From: an uncultured Methanoregulaceae archaeon
GTDB taxonomy: Archaea; Halobacteriota; Methanomicrobia; Methanomicrobiales; Methanospirillaceae
Reading direction: 5' to 3'
DNA length: 64,000 nt
NCBI GenBank assembly: GCA_963701095.1
Contig: OY969564.1
Coordinates: forward strand, 2,336,001-2,400,000
In this document: positions 9,560 to 18,951 of the stretch, in pieces
Numbering within the stretch: the first letter of the stretch is position 1
Layout of the letters: every line of letters starts with the position of its first letter
Notes under the pieces: model-generated
The model's database searches: none
Seen by the model: the letters and a program-made list of their open reading frames with translations, nothing else
Told to the model about the DNA's origin: nothing
Made by a program: the position numbers and the translations under genes

Positions 9560-10714
9560 ATGGGATCATTCGATCTCGAAAATTTAAAGACTATCAATAC
9601 GATTATTGAGCGGGATAGCAAGGACACGACCTATAAGTTTGCCCTGTTACGCGGTGTTATCGAGATCTCGCAGGAATACCAGCACCTGGTAAAGGAATCC
9701 GGGGATAGTGTTTCGCTTCCTCTTGGTCTTCTCATTGAGAAATGGCTTTTGTACTATTATCCTGTCATTGAAAGCCAGGCATTTTTACCCCAACTGCATG
9801 GCGAGAAACCGGATTCTTTCCACAAGAGGATATCCTTCCGGCCGCTGTTCAGGGAAGTGACGGATTATTATGCAGGAAAGGGCGGCTTTTCGGCCTTCTA
9901 TAATGACTATGTGAATGGGTCCCTTGCTCCTGAAATTTCACCGGCTGTTTATGCATTGATTGCAAAAATCAGGACAACGATAACCACTATGCCTATGAAA
10001 CATCTCGGCCGCTCGCAGGGACACCGGGATTACTCTGTTTTTTCGTACAACAGGGATGCCCGCCGGATTCCCGCCGGGATGCCTGTTGGCCAGGAATCGG
10101 TTGTGCAATATTCCGGGACATTTTCTTTCCGGAAGGACCTTTTCCTGGTATTCCAGTACCTGGGCAGTTTCATCTCCGGTGATGATTCGCTGGTATACCA
10201 ATGGGCTGAGTTTACGCGTAAGGCAAGCGGGGGCACCCTTGCTGTTGCTGCGGTTATGGAAACATTGCGGACTATGCCGGAAACCGAAAGGGCGGTGAGC
10301 GAGGCCCGGCAGGTCTATACCCAGTTGTACCAGAACTATCACCATCTTGCATGCGTGTGGTCCGGGAAGCCGATCACGGATATGGGGCTGCTTCATGTGG
10401 ACCATATGATCCCGTTCTCGGTCTGGAAGAACAACAATCTCTGGAATTTGATGCCAGCATATGAGAGTATTAATGCAAAAAAACGGGATATGATTCCTTC
10501 ACCGGAATTTATTGAAAAAAGAGCGGATGCCATTGTCACGAACTGGAACAGTATGTACAAGGTCTATCCCAAACGGTTCTTGCGGGAGATTAATCTCGCC
10601 CTGGTCGGTTTGCCGGAGCAATCTTCTGGCTGGCAGGATGTAGCTTTGGAACGGCTCGGTGAAAAATGCGCATATCTGATTGATGTCCGGGGGTTTGATG
10701 CATGGCGCCTGTGA
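9560..10714 (+). CDS. HNH endonuclease domain protein with TYKFALL N-terminal domain
   Basis: CVWSG...HVDHMIPFS..KNNNLWNLMPA..SINAKKRD HNH motif. Confidence 0.85.
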   Translation: MGSFDLENLKTINTIIERDSKDTTYKFALLRGVIEISQEYQHLVKESGDSVSLPLGLLIEKWLLYYYPVIESQAFLPQLHGEKPDSFHKRISFRPLFREVTDYYAGKGGFSAFYNDYVNGSLAPEISPAVYALIAKIRTTITTMPMKHLGRSQGHRDYSVFSYNRDARRIPAGMPVGQESVVQYSGTFSFRKDLFLVFQYLGSFISGDDSLVYQWAEFTRKASGGTLAVAAVMETLRTMPETERAVSEARQVYTQLYQNYHHLACVWSGKPITDMGLLHVDHMIPFSVWKNNNLWNLMPAYESINAKKRDMIPSPEFIEKRADAIVTNWNSMYKVYPKRFLREINLALVGLPEQSSGWQDVALERLGEKCAYLIDVRGFDAWRL

Positions 10715-11079
10715 AATGTCCTTTCTGTAATCCGCTGGCTGAAGATATTGTCGCACGTAACGATCTCTGCTATGTCCGCTGGGACATATTCCCGGTGAGT
10801 AAGGGGCATTTACTGATTATTCCGTTCCGGCATGTACCGGATTTCTTTTTATTAACTATTGAAGAGAAACAGGCGATGGTTGCTTTGGTTGATGTGTGCA
10901 AGGGTGTTATCGAGGAAAATTTCCAACCGGCTGGGTACAACATCGGGATAAATATTGGCGCAGCAGCCGGGCAGACCGTGATGCACTGCCATTGCCATAT
11001 GATCCCCCGGTATGCCGGGGATGTCCGGAATGCACGGGGTGGGATACGTGGAGTTGTGCCGGGGAAGAGGGAGTATTGA
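10702..11079 (+). CDS. HIT family nucleotide hydrolase (copy 2)
   Basis: HCHCH triad; near-identical to 7653..8030; overlaps HNH stop. Confidence 0.95.
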   Translation: MAPVKCPFCNPLAEDIVARNDLCYVRWDIFPVSKGHLLIIPFRHVPDFFLLTIEEKQAMVALVDVCKGVIEENFQPAGYNIGINIGAAAGQTVMHCHCHMIPRYAGDVRNARGGIRGVVPGKREY

Positions 11080-11096
11080 GGGGGATTTTTTTAGAG

Positions 11097-11133
11097 GACG
11101 CTCATCGGGGCTCCGTCCCTTGCCGCGTGGGCT
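11097..11133 (+). repeat. Dispersed hairpin repeat copy C
   Basis: GACGCTCATCGGGGCTCCGTCCCTTGCCGCGTGGGCT. Confidence 0.8.
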
Positions 11134-11191
11134 AATTCGGGAGAATAAAAATTAGATAATTATTAACGGCTCTAACTTGTGATATTAAATA

Positions 11192-11605
11192 ATGACTGAT
11201 GTCTTGACCAAAGAGCAGCGGACATTTAATATGTCAAAGATCCGGGGAAAAAATACCGGACCTGAGATCAAATTAAGAAAAATGCTCTGGTCACAGGGCA
11301 TCCGAGGCTATCGCATCCACTATATACTGCTAGGCAAACCCGATATCGTCTTCACAAAAAAGAAAATCGCAATTTTTGTTGATGGCTGCTTCTGGCACAA
11401 GTGTCCAGTCTGCTTTCAGGCTCCTGAAACCCGAAAAGAATTCTGGATGAAAAAGATCCAGTCAAATGTCGACCGCGATAAAAAAATTAATGATAAGTTA
11501 CAGATTGACGGATGGACCGTAATTAGAATATGGGAGCATGAAATCCGGAAAGAACCTGAAATAGTGATTAAAAAATTAATCAAGAAAATGTCGATATCAG
11601 CTTGA
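11192..11605 (+). CDS. vsr: Very short patch repair endonuclease
   Basis: MSKIRGKNTGPE, GKPDIVF, FVDGCFWH, FW..KI..NV.RD, IWEHE. Confidence 0.95.
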   Translation: MTDVLTKEQRTFNMSKIRGKNTGPEIKLRKMLWSQGIRGYRIHYILLGKPDIVFTKKKIAIFVDGCFWHKCPVCFQAPETRKEFWMKKIQSNVDRDKKINDKLQIDGWTVIRIWEHEIRKEPEIVIKKLIKKMSISA

Positions 11606-11629
11606 CATGATTAATTATACCTTTAATCT

Positions 11630-13594
11630 TTAAATTTCCTCATCGCTATCATCGCCGCCGGACTTGCAAATATCGAGGTCTTCTCCTTGAGTTTTATCAT
11701 TTTCTAGGACAGTATCCTCTTCAAGAAGATATTTAATGTCCGGAATTATTGGATTTCCTGCTTTTCCAAAATATTCATCCCGTGTTTTAACAGATTCTTC
11801 ACTGATTAGCTCTTTTTTTAATGATTCCGGGATATCTATCCGGATTTTTTGGACCGATTTCCAGCATTCTTTCTTTTTACACCATTCGGAAATATTTCTT
11901 GATCCCGAAGGACCTTCGGTAATTGTGTTTCTGACTTCCGATGCCAGCTGACCAATAAATTTCTGAAGGGCAGGTGACAGATCCTGCTCCTTCCAGATTT
12001 TTTCAAGATCAATTCGTTTATTGGTCAATTTTGAAAGAATTGCAATAGTATAGGTCACATAATTTCCCTTGTATGGCCCGAAGTCCAGTTTCTTAATAAT
12101 TCCATCCGTTTTTTTGAACAAAATCGCTTTGGCTACAAGAAGCGAGAAGTAATACTTGTCGGGAATCTGAAGCGGACCTTTTTTTTGCTTTAATACAAAG
12201 GCACGGAAATTTTTCTGACTCCCAAGACTGACTATGTCAGGCATCTGATCCCACGAATTTTCATATTTTGCCAGATCTGTTTTTGTAAATCTCTGATGTG
12301 TCGGATTTTTGTCAGAAAAAATTGCTTTCAACTTCGGGGTCCTTTCTCTTTCTTTATCCACCTGATATTGCCCCCGTGCACGTTCATAGTACCAGTGCGT
12401 GTCCTGCTGACTCCCCTTTTTTGCAGGAGCCAAGACAGAACGGGACATTTTCTGGATTTCAATATGGAATTCTTCATTGGATACAAAATCCGATTCAGAG
12501 ATCCTATTCTGACTGTTAGCATATTGAGTGATTTTCGGGACGATAAATTTCATGTCGTTCTGATTTTTCAGAACTGTTAATTTGACCTGAACGAGAACTT
12601 CAGATATGTCACATTTTTCCTTAAAATAGGTATAGTGAATTGCTGCAGTAGTCTGACCGCCATTAACAATCTGAAAATCCCTGATCCAAGAAATGCCGGG
12701 AATACCGCAACTATTCTTTTCCAGTTTGACACACTCAGCAGTTGTCGAAATTCCGTTATTATATGCAAGGAACATGCAAGGTTCATTATGGATAGTTTCG
12801 CGGATTCCTTTGTTCACCTTTCCCTTCATTTGCAGGAATACCCGGATATTCCTTTCAAGAAGCTTTGGCCCGTATTTTCCATATAATTCGGCAACCATTT
12901 TTCCCGGCATTATTGCCAAGTATGATGTGTACCGGGGATTCTCGTTAGGCATTTCAAGACAGGTAAGAGGCGCCCCAAAATCCTTTATAAAATCTATCTC
13001 TATTGGTTCGGGCCGATTTCCTGAACTAGCAAGCCCGAACAATCGCTTTAAATCCCATATCTGATAAGAAATTCTGATTCCGTCTTCATTATCATCAGGA
13101 ATGGGCTCCGGTTTTACAATCCCATCTGTAATGATAAACAGATTTACACCAACGATATTTTCCCTGTTATTATAGATTGTATCGGCAAGATCAAATGCCG
13201 GATTTGATTCTTCAATTTTACCATATTTTTTATTAAGTGCGTTGGAAAGAAAGGTCCTGATCTTTTTGATATATGAATTGATATCAGATTTTGTTACCGG
13301 AATCCGGGAATATTCATTTGTGTAAACTGAAATGAAGAGATCAAAAAAAATCCCCTCTTTGTCACCATTGTTTTGAGTATTAAGGTTACTGTTATACGCA
13401 TTAATTTTGAAGCCTTTTCCTTCTAGGCGGCACAGAATATAATCTTCAATCACTGCAATATCTGTAAGATAATCAAGAAACTTTTCTGTGAACTGCTCTT
13501 CCATGAATGCTTCTGATTCGGGATCTTGGGCTGCATCAATAACATCCCGCTGAAAATTCTCGGCAAATTGTTCAAAATCACTCTCGTTGGTCAC
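11630..13594 (-). CDS. AIPR family protein
   Basis: LLERNIRVFL, FLAYNNGI, QIVNGGQT, ANSQN, WYYERARGQY. Confidence 0.92.
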   Translation of the reverse strand: MTNESDFEQFAENFQRDVIDAAQDPESEAFMEEQFTEKFLDYLTDIAVIEDYILCRLEGKGFKINAYNSNLNTQNNGDKEGIFFDLFISVYTNEYSRIPVTKSDINSYIKKIRTFLSNALNKKYGKIEESNPAFDLADTIYNNRENIVGVNLFIITDGIVKPEPIPDDNEDGIRISYQIWDLKRLFGLASSGNRPEPIEIDFIKDFGAPLTCLEMPNENPRYTSYLAIMPGKMVAELYGKYGPKLLERNIRVFLQMKGKVNKGIRETIHNEPCMFLAYNNGISTTAECVKLEKNSCGIPGISWIRDFQIVNGGQTTAAIHYTYFKEKCDISEVLVQVKLTVLKNQNDMKFIVPKITQYANSQNRISESDFVSNEEFHIEIQKMSRSVLAPAKKGSQQDTHWYYERARGQYQVDKERERTPKLKAIFSDKNPTHQRFTKTDLAKYENSWDQMPDIVSLGSQKNFRAFVLKQKKGPLQIPDKYYFSLLVAKAILFKKTDGIIKKLDFGPYKGNYVTYTIAILSKLTNKRIDLEKIWKEQDLSPALQKFIGQLASEVRNTITEGPSGSRNISEWCKKKECWKSVQKIRIDIPESLKKELISEESVKTRDEYFGKAGNPIIPDIKYLLEEDTVLENDKTQGEDLDICKSGGDDSDEEI

Positions 13595-14612
13595 ACAGAT
13601 CCCTCCCTAAACCTGACAAAAAATCTGCCTCGCTCACTCTAAATGGAATACACGAAGACAAATCAATGGTATAATGCACATCTCCCACTCCATTTCTCAA
13701 ATCATTTTCAATAATCCGGGGAAACTCATTTTTAACCAGAAAAATATGGATATCCCTGTCAACATAACCACGGGAATCATATTTTATCCTCTGTTTGTCG
13801 ATATATCCGGCTTTAAACAATTGCATCTCAAATTCGTGAACCGGACCTTTTTGTAAAGCAATCTGATTTCGGATTTGATCAATAATTGCAGGAAGTGTTT
13901 CCCCGGTTTCATTTACTTCATGAAGAGAAAGATGATAGATATAGAGTACATTTAATCCTGTATCATCCAGTTGCTGTTCACTGGCAATGGGAATTTTCTG
14001 GTGTTGTTTGGCAATATTTGTTTTCACTTCAACACCTATGCCGGATATCAGGAAATCCTGATTTCCTTTTGAAGGACCTTTCCATGCACGAATGGCTTTT
14101 TCAATTCCAATTCTCGGAAAAAGAATGTCCCGTAAAAACCTCATTTCCCCGTACAGACCCCGCTGATATTCGGGGCTTAAACCCTGCGATCCGAAAACAT
14201 CAAGAAAATGATGCCACATCAACAGACGTTCTATTATTCCTCGGACCATTTGCTTCTGATTCTTTTCCGAATTTGCTGTTTGATAAATATCTTCACAAAG
14301 CGTTGAAAAAATATCGGTAAAGGTCGGATCATTCAGAATAAAACCAACAATTAATGATCCTGGATTGTCATCGTGAAAATTCACGGGGGAAATATCAAAA
14401 CCCCGTAATTGAGGTAACGACCGGAATTCAGCGTAATTATGTTTTTCAACCCGAATGAGGAGCATTCTACGGTTTGCAGGTTTTTCATAACCAAGAAAAA
14501 TGTCATGAGATATATCGGGTGATATTCTTCGGATAATTATCCCATTTTCATCTTCGTTCGCGGATGACTCTTCCAGAATTTTCCAGATTGGATCAAATTT
14601 TTCAGCTGTCAA
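13578..14612 (-). CDS. PD-(D/E)XK motif protein (DUF4420 type)
   Basis: QRGLYGEM, WKGP...QDF...VEVKT, IASEQQLD. Confidence 0.88.
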   Translation of the reverse strand: MTAEKFDPIWKILEESSANEDENGIIIRRISPDISHDIFLGYEKPANRRMLLIRVEKHNYAEFRSLPQLRGFDISPVNFHDDNPGSLIVGFILNDPTFTDIFSTLCEDIYQTANSEKNQKQMVRGIIERLLMWHHFLDVFGSQGLSPEYQRGLYGEMRFLRDILFPRIGIEKAIRAWKGPSKGNQDFLISGIGVEVKTNIAKQHQKIPIASEQQLDDTGLNVLYIYHLSLHEVNETGETLPAIIDQIRNQIALQKGPVHEFEMQLFKAGYIDKQRIKYDSRGYVDRDIHIFLVKNEFPRIIENDLRNGVGDVHYTIDLSSCIPFRVSEADFLSGLGRDLCDQRE

Positions 14613-17346
14613 ATTCCTGCTCCCAATAAATGTTATTTACTTTATATGTGATTTTGACTGCTTTTTTGCTATCCGGGAAACTGAATGCAAGACCTATTAC
14701 AGGAATTTTTACATCAACTTTCAGCGGTTTTGGATCCAATGGATAAATTAGCAGAAGACCTCTTGTCGGGGGCCGTGCCGCTCGAATATAAGGTCCGCTT
14801 GGAATTGTTTTTTCATTAAATTCTTTATCGGTTCTATCTGGATCATTTTTCATCAACTCCAAGGCGAGTTTGTATTCCTCGTTTGTTAAATCAATAGATT
14901 CATGCCGTGGGCTGATGATTTGCGCCTTTTGCAGTATATAATTTTCATCTCTTTCGGTCAGACCTATAGTGTGACAATTGAAGTTGTATACATTTGCAGC
15001 TTTTTGTCGGCTAATCAGTGCAATAGTCCAAGATTTCAGTTCTCCAACTTCATTTTGCTTCTGAATATACTGGCGTATTAAATCCGGCCGTATTGTTTTC
15101 GAAAAAAACTGATACTCGTCAAGAATCTGAAAAATAATTTCTGAATTTATACCACTCCAGATTGGCGTATCACCCTTCATTGTTGAAGTGGTTCCCATTT
15201 TTTTAACAATATTTTCGATGCAGTTCAGATTATTCTCCAGAGTCATTGGGTCTTTGCTGAAAGATGTGGTCTGGGGTTTTGAATTCGAAAATGTACACTG
15301 CATTTCAGTACCGGATCTCATTTTGTTCACCGCAGTGATTTTCAGACCTTCCGGATGAGTTCTCACTCGGAGCCCATAATCCGCGGGGGTCGCTTTCAGG
15401 GATGCCATATAATCGAATTCATTTCGTAAGTCTTCCGAGGCCATGTTGATAAATGAATACCATTCAACAAGTTCATGTGAGGTATAGAGCCGGCATAAAT
15501 CAATATATCCCGGCCTGAATCCGAACCATCGTCCCATCTGCATCAAGGTATCGTACATTCGTGAAGCACGGAGATAGTAACTAACTGTGAGCCCTTCGAG
15601 TGTGAGACCGCGGGATAATTTATCTCCCCCGATTGCAATGATACTGATACCGTCCGGATTATCCTTGTAATCAAGGGCATCTTTAGCCGTTCCGTTAATT
15701 ATTTTTATTCGGATTTTTGCAGCAGCTGCATAAAGATTTGATTTTACTGAAGCCCAGTCAACATTCGTGAGAAGTGGATCATCTATGCGCCGGGTGATAT
15801 CCGCTGTTGTTGGTACATAGTCTTCCCGCCAGAGGTTTTCCATCTCCCGGTAAATGCTTGTTTCTGAGTCCGGGTTCTCATATTCTAACCGGCGTCTTTG
15901 GGCTGTAAGTTCAACACTAATGAGAGCTGCAAGTTTGTCCTGTACGGATATGTATCGTGTAACATGCACAAGCATAGAGTTATGACATCTTGTCTCGCCA
16001 CGAGATTTTCTAGCAGCACATGAAATAATGAACGCATTAATCGCTCTCTTTAGAGATTCTGGTAATTCTTCTGGATTGAAAAATTTTGTGTGTTTATCCG
16101 GTATTAATGTCTCATAATCTCGGATAATACGGATAATGGGTAACCCCGCTTCTTTTTCGGAATCCGGGTCATCGTCCTGTGTAAAGCCAAAAATTTGTGA
16201 AGGCCCCACATAATTAGGAGGAGGAGGAAGGTTGATTATAAAATCTCTTGGGAAAAGATCCTCACCATGCGTTGTTGTCTCTCCATCAGGATAAATAAAA
16301 ATATTTGCGAACGGCGTTGCCGTATATCCAACATAAGCACTTTTTTCGAAATGATGCAATAGCTCACGGATTTTTCCGTTGATTGCGCTGACATCATAAT
16401 CGGGGAGAGGACGATCGTTTTCATCACGTGGGATAGGATTCGTATTCACTGACGCATTATCTGCTTCATCATCAATAACAAGCAAAGGGATATTCCGGAC
16501 AACAATTTTATCTGTGTTCGGATCTCTCTGACCTTTGACACTAATCGCCCATTTGATAAGATTTGCTAAAACCGATTTCTGTTTTTTTACAACAAGGATT
16601 ACTGGATCAGTACCCCCCGGCAATACTCCGACTTGTTGAGCCACTCTTTTATTAAAATCTCCATTATCTTCACTACTGGTGAGAGAACTGACTGCAAATA
16701 ATTCCTCGCCGGGCAGTTTTCCGACCCCTGTTCGCAGATTTTCCGTATCGAATTTTCTCCCACGTCTTGTATCAAATCCCAAAAAACCTTCGTCAAGACG
16801 AAGCTGGGTTTGGCTTCTGAGGCTTTTATGCATCCCTGCAAGGACAATAACAAGTTTATATCCTGCATCCGCAGCTTTGCAAATCAGACCCGTGTAGTTG
16901 GAAGTTTTTCCGGACTGAACCTGCCCGACTACCATCCCCCTACGATCCCATTCACCTTCACGGAGTGGATACTCGAGGAGTTCAAGAACCTTGTCAGTGA
17001 GTTCATCGATACGGATAATTGATGATTCATGAATCCCCTTTTCTTCCATCAGATAGCGCTGGTATCTATTCCAGAATTTCCATTTTATCTGACTTTTTCT
17101 GTCAGGGAGCCAAGCAATATGGGTTTTCTGATTATCTTCAAGAATCGTTGCCCGGCCTTTCCAAATTTCACAGCGGGATTCAATGTCCCGGATCAGATAT
17201 TCGATATCAAACGGCTCAAAATTTTTTTCCTCCTTGATCATTGAAAGGACACGTTCACATTTTTGCCGGATAATCTCTACTGTCGGTGTTTGCTCACTCT
17301 TGAGCATTATGAGAACGTGCTGTCTTGCTTGATCAATTGAAGACAT
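14602..17346 (-). CDS. Z1-domain SF2 helicase-like protein/endonuclease
   Basis: GQVQSGKT, IDDEADNAS, YVGYTATPFAN, GGDKLSRGLTLEGL, DTLMQMGRWFGFR. Confidence 0.93.
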   Translation of the reverse strand: MSSIDQARQHVLIMLKSEQTPTVEIIRQKCERVLSMIKEEKNFEPFDIEYLIRDIESRCEIWKGRATILEDNQKTHIAWLPDRKSQIKWKFWNRYQRYLMEEKGIHESSIIRIDELTDKVLELLEYPLREGEWDRRGMVVGQVQSGKTSNYTGLICKAADAGYKLVIVLAGMHKSLRSQTQLRLDEGFLGFDTRRGRKFDTENLRTGVGKLPGEELFAVSSLTSSEDNGDFNKRVAQQVGVLPGGTDPVILVVKKQKSVLANLIKWAISVKGQRDPNTDKIVVRNIPLLVIDDEADNASVNTNPIPRDENDRPLPDYDVSAINGKIRELLHHFEKSAYVGYTATPFANIFIYPDGETTTHGEDLFPRDFIINLPPPPNYVGPSQIFGFTQDDDPDSEKEAGLPIIRIIRDYETLIPDKHTKFFNPEELPESLKRAINAFIISCAARKSRGETRCHNSMLVHVTRYISVQDKLAALISVELTAQRRRLEYENPDSETSIYREMENLWREDYVPTTADITRRIDDPLLTNVDWASVKSNLYAAAAKIRIKIINGTAKDALDYKDNPDGISIIAIGGDKLSRGLTLEGLTVSYYLRASRMYDTLMQMGRWFGFRPGYIDLCRLYTSHELVEWYSFINMASEDLRNEFDYMASLKATPADYGLRVRTHPEGLKITAVNKMRSGTEMQCTFSNSKPQTTSFSKDPMTLENNLNCIENIVKKMGTTSTMKGDTPIWSGINSEIIFQILDEYQFFSKTIRPDLIRQYIQKQNEVGELKSWTIALISRQKAANVYNFNCHTIGLTERDENYILQKAQIISPRHESIDLTNEEYKLALELMKNDPDRTDKEFNEKTIPSGPYIRAARPPTRGLLLIYPLDPKPLKVDVKIPVIGLAFSFPDSKKAVKITYKVNNIYWEQEFDS

Positions 17347-18874
17347 TAAGTGGCCTCACTTTCTTTAAACTGCATGAATTCTGTCACATATTTGGGATAA
17401 TCGGAAAACGGTTCCATATGAATCAGCCGCAATTTTGCATTTTCCGGGGATATCCCCGTGTTAATCATCGAACTCCAGATCTCTTCCAAAACACTTTTCA
17501 ATTCATCAGAGGGAGCACCTTCAAATGGTCGCTGGATTTTATCCGGATTATTCGAGCCATTCATGATTATCAGAGGGACCGGGACTGTTTCCTCGATAAT
17601 CCGAAGCATTGCCTGGATTTTTTTTCTTGACACTCCGGAATTTTGGAGGATATCAGAAACTAATGGATGATCCCGGTTAATGGAATAATGATAGTTTCCA
17701 TGTAGGACTAATGTAGACCAAGGGAATGTGATAGAAGATTCACTGGTTCGTTCTGCAACTTTTCCTCGAAAACGGAACACAGATATCGCTTTATCAATCG
17801 TAAGACGGGAGATGCGCTGAAAATCATCCCTGATAAGATTCGGAGGTCTGGCAACGGACTTCTTGACATCAATTTTCCAGTCGCCATCAAGCGAATTGGG
17901 AATATCAACCATTATACGGGCTAATTTGGTAAATTGTTCTTTTCTGATTGGCTGTCCCTTCATGGATTCCAAACCCAGCCAGTCCCCCGGAACGATCAGA
18001 CGTTCATTGCGATAAATATAGAAACCCTGACGTTCGTTCCATCCCCCGGACCCCCGGCTAGTTCATAAGTCTCGTCATCAAGTTTTGAACGATGAGGTAA
18101 AACAAAGGGTTGGATAGTGATTTTTTTACTATTATAGAGAATATTCTCATGGGGCAGATGTTGCGTTGACGGGTGATTCGTCAGAAACGGATCCCAAGGC
18201 TTTATTTCCCTGCCGTTAAGAATGATTTTCAAACTACGGGGTTTGACAAGAAATCGATGAAAAACCATTTCGAGGTGCTTTTTCATGATGTCAAGCTGCG
18301 CTAAAAAATGATCCTTGTGTTTTTTATTCGTAGAATCTGTCCCTTTCGTTATTCTGTCCATCTTTTCCCATAGGACAATTGTTCCACATTTCATATCATC
18401 AAGAACAGAAAAAACCGGGGGAATATTTTCTTTATTAGGTTTAACGAGACGCCACTCCCCACATAAATTTACGTAATCCAGATCCCAGAAACGGATAACC
18501 GTTTCATTCCCTTCGGATTTTGATCCCACAGTAAGTTTCCGACATTGTGAAAACGATGCTGTTTTCAATCCAAGACCAAATCTCCCGAGGTCTTTGGCAT
18601 CTCTTTCTTGGAGGGGATTTTTGCTCCCGGGTCGCATCGCATTTTTCAGAGCATTTTCGGTCATTCCATGACCATCATCTCTGATAGAAATCGTGGAATT
18701 CTCCCCATCCCATGTACAATCAATCCAGATATTCTGTGCCTCGGCATAAATGCTGTTATCAATTACATCTGCAACGGAAGTCTCAAGATGATACCCATAT
18801 GCCCGAAGTGTTTCAATCATCGCACCGGCGTCAGGGGATACAATATCATAAAAATCGGAAAGGGTTGTATCCAT
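17346..18874 (-). CDS. MORC/MutL-like GHKL ATPase, split by a 1-nt frameshift near 18045
   Basis: DVIDNS, DDGHGM, GRFGLGLKTASFS; adding one G to the G run gives GGPGGWNERQGFYIYRNERLI, joining ORFs 17996..18874 and 17346..17972. Confidence 0.9.
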
Positions 18875-18951
18875 TCAGATCATCACTATCGAGAGAGATT
18901 TTTTGTATATTGATAATTATAGTATGATCTGTATTATCTATTGTGTTTTAA

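Noticed and set aside
9560..10714. HNH protein as Cas9/IscB
   Set aside because: Only 384 aa, no RuvC motifs or bridge helix, no array or obvious guide RNA locus
6507..11133. Hairpin repeats as canonical integron attC sites
   Set aside because: No consistent RYYYAAC...GTTRRRY ends across copies and no IntI in the window; kept only as an analogy
17996..18060. Programmed frameshift or phase variation in the GHKL ATPase
   Set aside because: The same one-base homopolymer loss affects many unrelated genes, so assembly error is more parsimonious
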